Source: Anaerolineales bacterium (GTDB lineage: Bacteria; Chloroflexota; Anaerolineae; E26-bin7). Taken from it: a stretch of DNA of 52,576 nucleotides. Made by a program: the position numbers and the translations under genes. Below, piece by piece: positions 14,676 through 23,024 of the stretch. The notes under the pieces are model-generated. The model was given only the letters and a program-made list of their open reading frames with translations, was not told where the DNA came from and did not search any database. Position 1 is the stretch's first letter; each line of letters begins with the position of its first letter. The stretch is from positions 1 to 52,576 of the forward strand of contig SOHZ01000648.1 in the NCBI GenBank assembly GCA_004377365.1, written 5' to 3'.

Positions 14676-16604
14676 TCAGGGGCTGATGGTTAGGGTCCAG
14701 ACCTTGACATTATTGTTCTCGTTCGTTTCGGCAACTTCATTGCGGTTATCAGCTTGGACCTCAACGTCATAATAACCGACCGAGGGGTACTTAAATGTGA
14801 CCGTTTTTGTACACGAAGCATATTGGGTATTTGCCGGACAGGATTCTTCCTGCCAGTCGAAGCCAGGCCCTTTTCGCCAACGAAAGTGCGAAGCCGGGAA
14901 AAAGGGTCCCCCGCTGGGATAGGTGTCGGTGACAATCATGATGAAGAGGCTGATCGTATCTATCACCGCCGGGTTGGCCGGGCTGGAATCCATCTTCTTG
15001 ACGTACAGGTCGTAAACGGCAGGCGAGGGGCAGACACCAGCTACGTGAACCGTGACCGTCCTGTCGGTCGTGCTGCCGTCGGTGAGCTCCACGTGTAAAG
15101 TGTAGGTGGTATCGTTACAAGGGCAGACTTGCTTCTCTTTATGACCGCCGATCACTGGCTCTCCGTCCAGCCAAGCAGCTCGCACATGCTCCACTCTGGC
15201 TCTGACCCAGGTACATTCCCCGGCGTTGATGTGGTCTCGGTCCACTGTGAGGCTGATCTCCGCCCCAGGCGGGGGCGGCGAGGTAGGCGTAGCCGTAGGT
15301 GTAGCGGTAGCCAGGCTCGAAACCACGATCCTCACACTGGACGTCTGGCCAAAGACCTGCCCATCGGAACTCTTCATCCGCCAGTAGCCGGTGTAGGTGC
15401 CCGGAGTACTGGGTGCATACATGGTCACCCCAATGTCCACGTTGCCACCCACGGCAGTGGTGGGCACAGCCTGGGAAGCAGCCGCCCCCATCTGGTCGCC
15501 GGACACGAACACCCACGTGTACCCACTCTCCCAGAGACAACTGCCGCTGTTGCGGATGCGCCAAATCTTGTCAATGCGGGCCCCTGGCTCAAAGACGGTG
15601 CCATCGGGCACGGTCACGTCGGCCACAAAGGCCGCATCCAGGTTACAGGGGGTGGGGGTCACGGTCGGTGTGGGGGTCACCACGATAATGACGGGGGTCT
15701 GGGTATCGGTGGGCGTGGCCGTCGGCCCCGGCGGGGTAGCCGTCGGCGTGGCCGTAGGCCCCGGCGGGGTAGCCGTCGGCGTGGCCGTAGGCCCCGACAG
15801 CGTGGGCGTGGCAGCCCCGGTGACGCTGACGGTGATGGCCTCCGGCTGGCTGACCCCTCCAGCAGCATTGTAGGCCTTGAGCATCAGAGTATAGGTACCA
15901 GGGGCCGATGCCTGCCAGGAGTGCCGGTAGATGAAGGGCGATTGCCCCTGCGGGTTGGGACTGACGTCAGAGTGGTAGAGAACCCCATTGACCAACAGCT
16001 CGACACGGGTCACCCCTCTGGAATCGGTCGCCGTGACCTGGACAATGACCTCCTGTCCCACCGGCACCTGGCCGCCGCTGGCAGGCGAGTTGATGACCAC
16101 CGTTGGCACCTTGGCTACCTTTTCGCCCCGCCGGGTATAAAGGGAAGCTCCAACGGCAGCCACGACGAGCAAGATGACAGCCGCCAGCCCAAAGAGCCCC
16201 AAGGCCATCCACGACAGACCCCCTGGCCCCCTCCTGGCCTCCACCGGTGGGGCTGGCGACCGGGGGGCCGGCCCGGCTACGGTCGGGTAAGCCCCCGCTA
16301 CTGCCGGGCACTGGAAACCCAGTTGGACCTTCCCCAGGCCGATGGTGTCGCCGTCGCTCAGGGCCTGGGAACCAGTGATGCGCACACCGTTGACAAAGGT
16401 GCCGTTGGTGCTACCCAGGTCCCTGATGACAGGCTGACCTCTTTCCCAGGTGATGCTGGCGTGGCGGCGAGAGACCTCAGGGTCACTGACGACCACATCG
16501 CTGCCCCGCACACGGCCGAGAATGATGCTGTCTTTGGCCACTGAAAAACGCTGGCCACGCTGGGGGCCTCGTTGTACGGTTAAAGTAATAGAGTGTTGCT
16601 GCAT
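14676..16604 (-). CDS. FHA domain / TM / Ig-like / PT-repeat linker / NBR1-like Ig / CARDB-like protein (paralog 2)
   Basis: Start refined to the ATG at 16604 ('MQQHSITLTV'), after AAGGAG. About 90% aa identity to paralog 1 over the first ~430 aa. The C-terminus 'YYDVEVQADNRNEVAETNENNNVKVWTLTISP' looks CARDB-like and differs from paralog 1. Confidence 0.8.
   Translation of the reverse strand: MQQHSITLTVQRGPQRGQRFSVAKDSIILGRVRGSDVVVSDPEVSRRHASITWERGQPVIRDLGSTNGTFVNGVRITGSQALSDGDTIGLGKVQLGFQCPAVAGAYPTVAGPAPRSPAPPVEARRGPGGLSWMALGLFGLAAVILLVVAAVGASLYTRRGEKVAKVPTVVINSPASGGQVPVGQEVIVQVTATDSRGVTRVELLVNGVLYHSDVSPNPQGQSPFIYRHSWQASAPGTYTLMLKAYNAAGGVSQPEAITVSVTGAATPTLSGPTATPTATPPGPTATPTATPPGPTATPTDTQTPVIIVVTPTPTVTPTPCNLDAAFVADVTVPDGTVFEPGARIDKIWRIRNSGSCLWESGYTWVFVSGDQMGAAASQAVPTTAVGGNVDIGVTMYAPSTPGTYTGYWRMKSSDGQVFGQTSSVRIVVSSLATATPTATPTSPPPPGAEISLTVDRDHINAGECTWVRARVEHVRAAWLDGEPVIGGHKEKQVCPCNDTTYTLHVELTDGSTTDRTVTVHVAGVCPSPAVYDLYVKKMDSSPANPAVIDTISLFIMIVTDTYPSGGPFFPASHFRWRKGPGFDWQEESCPANTQYASCTKTVTFKYPSVGYYDVEVQADNRNEVAETNENNNVKVWTLTISP
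15710..15800 (-). repeat. ~36-nt tandem coding repeat (~2.5 copies) encoding PTATPTATPPG units
   Basis: Read directly: 'gccgtcggcgtggccgtaggccccggcggggta' is repeated. It is present only in FHA paralog 2. Coordinates are approximate. Confidence 0.7.
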
Positions 16605-16747
16605 CGTCACCTTCTCCTTACACAGTACACAAACCAACGCTTCTACTCATAAATCCCCCAACCATCTCTAGTCCTCGTTATGGGGCAGCGATGGACAGGC
16701 GAAAACTGATGATGGGGGAACGTGGTCAAAATCAATGGCTTGCTCTC

Positions 16748-16776
16748 ATTGTAGCATTGAATCAAGCCCTTGTCAA
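16748..16776 (-). promoter_or_regulatory. near-consensus sigma70 promoter upstream of the FHA operon
   Basis: Minus strand reads TTGACA (16771-16776), a 17-nt spacer, then TACAAT (16748-16753). This implies a leader of about 135 nt before the ATG at 16604. Confidence 0.55.
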
Positions 16777-16862
16777 CAGTTTCAGGTCAGATCAGATTCT
16801 ATGAAAAGGCTCAAAGCTAATCAGCATCGAGACTTTCGGTCCCTGGGGACGTAGGAATTCCC

Positions 16863-19238
16863 TCACCGCCCGGCCTTGATCCAATACCTCTCACCATCGC
16901 TGATCACCTCCACCGTGCCGTTTTGATCGGTGCGCAGCACCATCACACTGTGCTCCTCCAGCTTGGCCAGTGTCGTCGGATCGGGATGGCCGAACTTGTT
17001 GTCGGCCCCGACTTGAATGACGACTAACTGGGGATTGACCGCTTCGAGGAACTTGGTGTTGAGGGAAGTATCACTGCCGTGATGGGGAGATTTGAGGATA
17101 GTGCTGGTCAGGTCCTCGTTGCTCGACAGCAGAACTGCTTCCGCCTCCTCTTCCACATCTCCGGGCAGCAGAAACGAGATGTGGCCATAGGTCAGGCGCA
17201 GCACGATGGAGTTGTTGTTGAGATCTGAGCCGGTGTCTGAGAGGAGATCACTCTGAGGGTAGAGGACTTTTATCTGCAACCCTTCGCCCAATTGGATCCG
17301 CATCCCGGCGCGGGCCAATTGGTAGGGAACGCCTTTCTCCTGGACTAACTCCAGGCAGTGAGTGTAGGCAGGCGTGGGGTGCTCCTGGCCCCCGTCGAGG
17401 ACAGCTTTGACCTTGTAGCGTTCAAGGACAGGGATCAGACCGCTGACGTGGTCGTCGTGAGGGTGGGTGAGAACCACCAGGTCAATGGTGCGCTCCCAGA
17501 AGGGCATCCGACGGCCCAGGGCGGTCAGCAAGAGGGTAGGACTTGGCCCGCCGTCCACCAAGACTTTTTGACCCCGAGGGGTCTGGATAAGGATGGCGTC
17601 CCCCTGACCGACGTCAAGGAAGGTGACATGCAGTTTGCCATCGGGCAGGCTGAAAGCAGCCCCCCACACCAGCAGCACAACGATGGCCAGTCCAGCCACC
17701 AGAGCCTTGATTGAAAAACGATCGGTCAGGCGCTGCCAGAGCGTTTTGAGGCGTGAGGGTTCCTGTGCAGTCACGATGGTACCTCCAGCGAGCAAGCCGT
17801 AATAGAGACAGACCAGGCCCAAGCTGACACGCCCCACGTCCAGCGAGGCGTAGGGCACGCGGGCCGTAAGCTCAACGATGACGATAGTAAAAGTCAGAAA
17901 GAGCCAAGCCACCCAGCCCAAAGCCTGACCCAGAGGCCGCCAGAGAAGCCCAGCGATGGTGGCCACGCCTCCCCAGAGCATCACCCCTGGCTGAGCGGGC
18001 AGGATCAGGAGGTTGGTGAGGAGGGTGACCAGGGAGAGAGTATGGAAATTGTAGACGATGATGGGCAGGGTAGTAATCTGGGCGGCCAGGGTCACAATGA
18101 GGGCCTCGTTGAACAGACTAATGGCTTTTTGGATTGCCCCTTCCGATAGCAATTTGCGTAGGCCGCGCTCAAACCAACCCTGGACGATGGGAGTGTAGAG
18201 CACCAGGCCCAAAGTAGCGGCAAAGGAAAGTTGAAAACCAAGGTCCCACAGAGTGAAGGGGTTGAGAGCTGTCATCAGGATGGCGGCAGCCATGAGGGAG
18301 TTGAGGGCATCGCTCTGGCGGCCGTAGTGGATGGCGATGACGTAGAGGCTGCCCATGATGGCCGCCCGCACCACGGCTGCCGAAGCGCCGACGAAGATGG
18401 TGTAGAGAATGATCCCGGCCACGGCAAAGGGCATGGCCCGCCGCCTGCCGAAGAGACGGGTGCTCAAACCGCTGAGGAGACCAGCTATGATGGAGATGTT
18501 AAATCCGCTGATAGCGATGATGTGGCTGGTGCCGGTGGCCGAGAAATCAGCCATCAAGTCGGCGGGGATACCCCTTTCTACGCCCAACAGGATACCTGTT
18601 AGAAGGGAGGCTTGAGGTTCAGACAGCATCTGGGCGATGGTGGCCTGAGCGCGGCTCTTGAAGGCATAGAGTTTGGCGTAGAAAAAGTTGCCCTGGTCAC
18701 GGGCCAGGAGGGTAATGCGGGGGCGGCGCAAAAGGGAGTGGATACCCTGACGGGCCAGGTAGTCCCTGTAGGAGAAATCCTCAAATTCGGGCGGCGTTCC
18801 CAGGAGGCCCTCGATCTCCAGACGGTCCCCGTAGCGGTACTCAGGATAGCGGGGTGCTCGCACCAGGACGGTGCCTGTTACAGCACATTCCTGATCGCCC
18901 AGGGCCAGGCTCTCGGTGGCTACCCGCAGGTTGGTATAGGTGTCACGCACATCGGGCTCACCGCTGACAACGCCTGTCAGCTTGACCCAACCCTGTTCGT
19001 TGTAATAAGCCAGAGAGCCCTCATCGAAGTGAGGAATCGTAGAAGAGTAGCGCCAGGCACCGATGAGAAGGGCCAGGGCGCATACACTGGCCAACCTAAC
19101 CCGGGGATTCTCGCGCCAGAGAAAGAGGCTGACCAACGGCACGAGCCCCATCACGGCGAGGAAGAGCGCGGGCAGATTCAGGAGCGAGCTCAGAAATATG
19201 CCAGCCAGCCAGGCTATGCCCAGGTAGATAAGAGTCAC
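16863..19238 (-). CDS. comEC: ComEC/Rec2 DNA-internalisation protein with C-terminal metallo-beta-lactamase domain
   Basis: Polytopic membrane core plus 'VTFLDVGQGDAILIQTP..VLVDGG' and 'LVVLTHPHDDHVSGL' (MBL HxHxDH). The start is uncertain. The GTG at 19238 avoids an overlap with argF, whereas the track ORF extends to 19376. Confidence 0.8.
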   Translation of the reverse strand: MTLIYLGIAWLAGIFLSSLLNLPALFLAVMGLVPLVSLFLWRENPRVRLASVCALALLIGAWRYSSTIPHFDEGSLAYYNEQGWVKLTGVVSGEPDVRDTYTNLRVATESLALGDQECAVTGTVLVRAPRYPEYRYGDRLEIEGLLGTPPEFEDFSYRDYLARQGIHSLLRRPRITLLARDQGNFFYAKLYAFKSRAQATIAQMLSEPQASLLTGILLGVERGIPADLMADFSATGTSHIIAISGFNISIIAGLLSGLSTRLFGRRRAMPFAVAGIILYTIFVGASAAVVRAAIMGSLYVIAIHYGRQSDALNSLMAAAILMTALNPFTLWDLGFQLSFAATLGLVLYTPIVQGWFERGLRKLLSEGAIQKAISLFNEALIVTLAAQITTLPIIVYNFHTLSLVTLLTNLLILPAQPGVMLWGGVATIAGLLWRPLGQALGWVAWLFLTFTIVIVELTARVPYASLDVGRVSLGLVCLYYGLLAGGTIVTAQEPSRLKTLWQRLTDRFSIKALVAGLAIVVLLVWGAAFSLPDGKLHVTFLDVGQGDAILIQTPRGQKVLVDGGPSPTLLLTALGRRMPFWERTIDLVVLTHPHDDHVSGLIPVLERYKVKAVLDGGQEHPTPAYTHCLELVQEKGVPYQLARAGMRIQLGEGLQIKVLYPQSDLLSDTGSDLNNNSIVLRLTYGHISFLLPGDVEEEAEAVLLSSNEDLTSTILKSPHHGSDTSLNTKFLEAVNPQLVVIQVGADNKFGHPDPTTLAKLEEHSVMVLRTDQNGTVEVISDGERYWIKAGR

Positions 19239-19260
19239 GACGCCCCCTAACAGCGCAGGA

Positions 19261-20184
19261 TCAGAAGCCGAGCATCTCCACCATGAGTGCTTTCTGCACG
19301 TGCATCCGGTTCTCCGCTTCGTCCAGCACCACCGAATGGGGACCATCGAGCACGTCAGCCGTGATCTCATCACCACGATGGGCTGGCAGACAGTGCATCA
19401 CCAGCACGTCCCCTTTGGCCAGGTCCACCAGGGCCTGGTTGACCTGATAAAGAGGGAAGATTTTGCTACGCTCCTCGGCCTCACTTTCCTGGCCCATGCT
19501 GGCCCAGACGTCGGTATAAAGGGCGTCGGCTCCTTTGGCCGCCACCGCCGGGTCGGTGGTGACAACGATTTCGCTGCCGCTCTCTTGGGCCAACTTCCTG
19601 GCCCACCCTACCACGCTTGGATCGGGCCAGTATCCCCTGGGGCAGGCCGCCGCCATGTTGATGCCCATGGTGGCGCAGATGAGCAGGAGTGAGTGGCAGA
19701 CGTTGTTGCCATCGCCCAGCCAGGCCAGCTTGAGCCCCTGCAACTCGCCTTTGTGTTCATGGAGGGTAAGAAGGGCAGCCAGAGCCTGGCAAGGGTGCTC
19801 GTGATCGGAGAGGGCATTGATCACGGGCACACTGGCTTCCTGAGCCAGTTCTATTACGGATTCATGGGCATAGGTGCGAGCCATGATGATCTCTACCCAG
19901 CGGGAGAGGTTGGCTGCAATGTCGGCTATCGTCTCCCGAGTGCCAAACCCGATGTCCTGACCCAGGTAGATGGCATGGCCGCCCAATTGGGTCATCCCAG
20001 CCTCAAAGGTCACCCGGGTGCGCAGCGAGGGCTTCTCGAAGATCATGGCCATCGTCTTGCCGGCCAGGAGTGGCGGATTGCCTCCGGCTTTCCATTCTGC
20101 TTTGAGAGCCCGCGCCCGTTCAATGACGCACTCAACTTCTTCACGGGAGAAATCCCCCATGCTGACCAGGTTTTTGCCTTTCAT
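19261..20184 (-). CDS. argF: ornithine carbamoyltransferase
   Basis: 'FEKPSLRTRVTFE', 'HPCQALA', 'DVWASMG' and 'HCLPAHRGDE' are the carbamoyl-phosphate and ornithine binding motifs. 307 aa, with an AAGGAGG RBS. Confidence 0.85.
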   Translation of the reverse strand: MKGKNLVSMGDFSREEVECVIERARALKAEWKAGGNPPLLAGKTMAMIFEKPSLRTRVTFEAGMTQLGGHAIYLGQDIGFGTRETIADIAANLSRWVEIIMARTYAHESVIELAQEASVPVINALSDHEHPCQALAALLTLHEHKGELQGLKLAWLGDGNNVCHSLLLICATMGINMAAACPRGYWPDPSVVGWARKLAQESGSEIVVTTDPAVAAKGADALYTDVWASMGQESEAEERSKIFPLYQVNQALVDLAKGDVLVMHCLPAHRGDEITADVLDGPHSVVLDEAENRMHVQKALMVEMLGF

Positions 20185-20255
20185 TAGTTTCCTCCTTCGT
20201 AGATAACTCCTGTAGTAAACGTAGGCCCTCGCAAGCGAGGGCCAGAGGTGGGAGG

Positions 20256-20329
20256 TGCGCCCGACAGGACTCGAACCTGCAACCTAGGGTTTAGGAAACC
20301 CTTGCTCTATCCACTTGGGCCACGGGCGC
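20256..20329 (-). tRNA. tRNA-Arg (anticodon CCT)
   Basis: The reverse complement folds as a 74-nt cloverleaf. Acceptor GCGCCCG/CGGGCGC, anticodon stem AGGGT/ACCCT with loop TTCCTAA, T-arm GCAGG-TTCGAGT-CCTGT. No encoded CCA. Confidence 0.85.
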
Positions 20330-20362
20330 ACGTCAATTGTGGTTGAACTGGGGTGAACAAAG

Positions 20363-20434
20363 CACCCCCGGGGCGACTCGAACGCCCGCACATGGCTCCG
20401 GAGGCCACTGCTCTATCCGCTGAGCTACGGGGGC
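20363..20434 (-). tRNA. tRNA-Arg (anticodon CCG)
   Basis: 72-nt cloverleaf. Acceptor GCCCCCG/CGGGGGT (G1-U72 wobble), D-arm GCTC-AGCGGATA-GAGC, anticodon loop CTCCGGA, T-arm GGGCG-TTCGAGT-CGCCC. Confidence 0.8.
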
Positions 20435-20446
20435 ACATCTGCCTAT

Positions 20447-20475
20447 AGTGTAGCATAGAAGAACTGATTTGGCAA
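20447..20475 (-). promoter_or_regulatory. sigma70-type promoter for the tRNA-Arg pair
   Basis: Minus strand reads TTGCCA (20470-20475), a 17-nt spacer, then TACACT (20447-20452). It ends about 12 nt upstream of the tRNA 5' end. Confidence 0.5.
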
Positions 20476-20493
20476 ATAGAAATGGCTGAAAAC

Positions 20494-21153
20494 CTAACGA
20501 GCCAATAAGTAAAGGAGAAGGGCAGAGAGAAGAGGAACTGTCAGATTGTCAACGTGCCAAATAGAGACCGCCTCAACTGCGGTAGCGATGACAGCCACAA
20601 TGAGAGAGTAGAGCAGACTCAACTGCCAGCCAAGAGGAGGGAAAAACAAAAGGGCTAGAAAAGTGGCCAGCCAACTGAAAAGGAACATGGTCAGCGATCC
20701 CTCCAGCGAACGGGTGAATCCCCTGATGCTGTACTTGTATTTACCATAGGGTCTGCCCAGGATAGCTGCCAGGGCATCGCCCCAGGTCATCGGCATCAGG
20801 CTGGCCACCACCAGGTACCGTCTGGTCCACAGAAAATAGATAATGAGGGCAAAAGAAATGGGGAAATAAACAGTGCCCAGGTTGCCCTTTTCGCCCATCT
20901 CCATAGCCTTGAAGGTTTCCCGACGATAGGAAACGTAATTGATGAGCACAAAGGAAAGAGGAGGAATTGCCGCAAAGTACCAATTCTCGAAAAGGAGAAC
21001 GGTACCCACCGACCACATGCCTACAGCGATGTGGATAAACTTGCGGGTAAAGTCCGTCGAGTAGCCCTGCCATTTGCGCAGGCCCTCGCCAATACCGATG
21101 GCGGCAAAAACGTAAACGTAGGATAGAGCAAGAGCAAGCCAGTCAGATTTCAT
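20494..21153 (-). CDS. CTP_transf_1 family membrane protein (polyprenol/phytol/dolichol kinase or CdsA-like)
   Basis: 219 aa, polytopic. 'FTRKFIHIAVGMW' and 'WGDALAAILGRPYGKYKY..RSLEGSLTMF' match the cytidylyltransferase/polyprenol-kinase family signature. Confidence 0.6.
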   Translation of the reverse strand: MKSDWLALALSYVYVFAAIGIGEGLRKWQGYSTDFTRKFIHIAVGMWSVGTVLLFENWYFAAIPPLSFVLINYVSYRRETFKAMEMGEKGNLGTVYFPISFALIIYFLWTRRYLVVASLMPMTWGDALAAILGRPYGKYKYSIRGFTRSLEGSLTMFLFSWLATFLALLFFPPLGWQLSLLYSLIVAVIATAVEAVSIWHVDNLTVPLLSALLLYLLAR

Positions 21154-21216
21154 AACCGGTATCCTTTCTTATGCTGATTACAGCTAGGCTGACCTCATGC
21201 TGAGGGAGCCCAAAAC

Positions 21217-21492
21217 TGTGGATAACTAGCTAAAAACTGTGGATAAGTGCTCCAAGTTGGGGATAACTCTCCTCTGTTACCGCTTACTGCATTTTCACTT
21301 TGGGGCCTTTGTACTAATTCCGAATCAGCAAACTCCCCCACATATCTAGTTGACTACTGCCCCTCATTCATCCACAATCTTGTCCACATCCATTGAAAAA
21401 GCCCTCTGCCAACACTATACAAGGCATCGCCCTCTCCACATCCATACCCCCAACATCTAGGGCAATCTTGGGACCTAAACTCGTTATCCCCA
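21217..21492. promoter_or_regulatory. cluster of DnaA-box-like 9-mers (oriC / DnaA-regulatory candidate)
   Basis: Perfect TGTGGATAA at 21217-21225 and 21238-21246, both within a repeated aaaactgtggataa spaced 21 bp apart. TGGGGATAA at 21258-21266. In the opposite orientation: TCATCCACA at 21368-21376, TTGTCCACA at 21380-21388, CTCTCCACA at 21432-21440 and TTATCCCCA at 21484-21492. An AT-rich stretch follows at ~21520-21590. Confidence 0.5.
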
Positions 21493-21714
21493 GATCTCAC
21501 AGGCCCTACTACGACTACTATTTTAGTATAACATCCAGGGTTAAGTTTACCTTTATATTTCTTTGAGAAGCAACTCTAACTTCTCCAATTGTATCACCAA
21601 TGAGTTTCTCAGGAAAGCTCGCACAGAAAAGTCTGGACTCACAGGTTCACAAGGGAATCTTTGGGCAGAGAGTGTAATCACAATTCTATCAGAAACCTTT
21701 CCTGTTGTCAACAG

Positions 21715-21752
21715 TGCCAAAGAATGCAAAATCTAGCAACCTGTGGTATAAT
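21715..21752 (+). promoter_or_regulatory. extended -10 promoter for apgM
   Basis: TGgTATAAT, with TATAAT at 21747-21752. A weak -35 (atgcaa) lies 17 nt upstream. The promoter sits inside the 5' part of the track ORF, which supports the downstream GTG start. Confidence 0.45.
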
Positions 21753-21806
21753 TCTGAGAAATCGTCCCCAGCAGAATTGCGCATTTGTGTTTGGAAAGGA
21801 GAGATC

Positions 21807-23012
21807 GTGGCTGATCTTGAGCTGATGCGGGAATTGCAAATCGCTAGTGAGAGCAAAATCGTCATGCTGGTTATTGATGGCCTGGGAGGGCTGCCTATGG
21901 AACCGGGTGGGCCCACGGAACTGGAAGCGGCCCGGACTCCTAACCTGGACCACCTGGCTGCCAGGGGCCTCTGCGGTCTGAGTGTGCCCATTGGGCCAGG
22001 CATTACCCCTGGCAGCGGGCCAGCCCACCTGGCTCTCTTTGGCTATGACCCGCTCAAATACGAGATTGGGCGGGGCGTGCTAGAGGCCCTGGGCATCGGC
22101 TTCGACTTGCACGACGAAGACGTGGCCGCCCGGGGCAACTTTTGCACAGTGGATGAAAAGGGCCTCATCACCGACCGGCGAGCGGGGCGTATCCCCACAG
22201 AAAAAAACGTCGAACTTGTCAAGCTGCTCAGGGGCATCAAGCTGTCAGGTGTACACATCTTTGTAGAGACGGTCAAAGAATACCGCTTCGTCCTGGTCCT
22301 CCGTGGCGAAGGCTTGGAGGGAGGGCTGACAGAGACTGACCCCCAGCAGTTGGGAGTGCCTCCGCTCCCTGTGGAGGCCCTGGTGCCGGAGGCGGAGCGG
22401 ACGGCTCAGTTGTTTAACCAGTGGATCGCCCAGGCCAGGAAGATATTGGCTGACCAGCGCCCGGCCAACATGGTCAATCTGCGGGGCCTGGCCAAAAACC
22501 CGGGCCTGCCCAGCATGGAGGAGGTCTACGGCCTGCGCTCAGCGGCCATCGCCAGCTATCCCATGTATCGCGGCGTGGCCAAACTGTTGGGCATGGATGT
22601 GCTGGATACAGGGGAAGCGTTGGAGGAAGAGGTCGAAACTCTCCAGGCCCACTTTGCGGACTATGATTTCTTTTTCGTCCACGTCAAAAAGACCGACAGC
22701 GCTGGCGAGGACGGCGACTTTGAGCGCAAAGTCTCCATCATTGAGCACGTGGACGAGTTGGTGCCAGCCATCCTGGACTTGAAGCCGGAAGTCCTCATCG
22801 TCACCAGCGACCATTCCACGCCGGCCTTGCTCAGGTTGCACAGTTGGCATCCCGTGCCCACTCTCCTTCACTCCCGCTATTGCCGCGCCGATCAGACCGA
22901 CGAGTTCTCCGAGCGGGGATGCAGTCGGGGGGCTCTGGGGCGCTTCCCTGCTGTTGATCTGATGCCCCTTGCCATGGCCAATACCTTGCGTTTGGCGAAG
23001 TATGGAGCATAA
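21807..23012 (+). CDS. apgM: cofactor-independent phosphoglycerate mutase, archaeal type
   Basis: GTG at 21807 after AAGGAGAG. 'KIVMLVIDGLGGLP...ELEAARTPNLDHLA..G......PGSGPAHLALFGYDP' and 'LIVTSDHSTP' match the ApgM (COG3635) pattern. Confidence 0.75.
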   Translation: MADLELMRELQIASESKIVMLVIDGLGGLPMEPGGPTELEAARTPNLDHLAARGLCGLSVPIGPGITPGSGPAHLALFGYDPLKYEIGRGVLEALGIGFDLHDEDVAARGNFCTVDEKGLITDRRAGRIPTEKNVELVKLLRGIKLSGVHIFVETVKEYRFVLVLRGEGLEGGLTETDPQQLGVPPLPVEALVPEAERTAQLFNQWIAQARKILADQRPANMVNLRGLAKNPGLPSMEEVYGLRSAAIASYPMYRGVAKLLGMDVLDTGEALEEEVETLQAHFADYDFFFVHVKKTDSAGEDGDFERKVSIIEHVDELVPAILDLKPEVLIVTSDHSTPALLRLHSWHPVPTLLHSRYCRADQTDEFSERGCSRGALGRFPAVDLMPLAMANTLRLAKYGA

Positions 23013-23024
23013 AGGAGTGTAAAT

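Noticed and set aside
15129-16544. Long plus-strand ORF (471 aa), and similar ones at 13844-14506, 13204-13638 and 12725-13207, lying opposite the FHA genes.
   Set aside because: They are Arg/Gly/Pro-rich, low-complexity antisense shadows typical of high-GC DNA. The minus-strand frames carry clear FHA, Ig and NBR1-like domain signatures with RBSs.
16605-16747. A possible riboswitch or structured leader in the ~135-nt 5' UTR of the FHA operon.
   Set aside because: Only a short imperfect long-range complementarity (cccccatc / gatggttggggg) was seen. It resembles no riboswitch class I can recognise, so the evidence is insufficient.
19239-19376. N-terminal extension of ComEC overlapping the argF 3' end by 116 nt.
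   Set aside because: The extension is Cys/Arg/Trp-rich and not membrane-like. A GTG at 19238 directly precedes the first TM helix and removes the overlap.
21705-21806. Upstream extension of the apgM ORF (track start at 21705).
   Set aside because: The extension contains a TGnTATAAT promoter and has no RBS. The conserved N-terminus begins at the GTG at 21807, which is preceded by AAGGAGAG.
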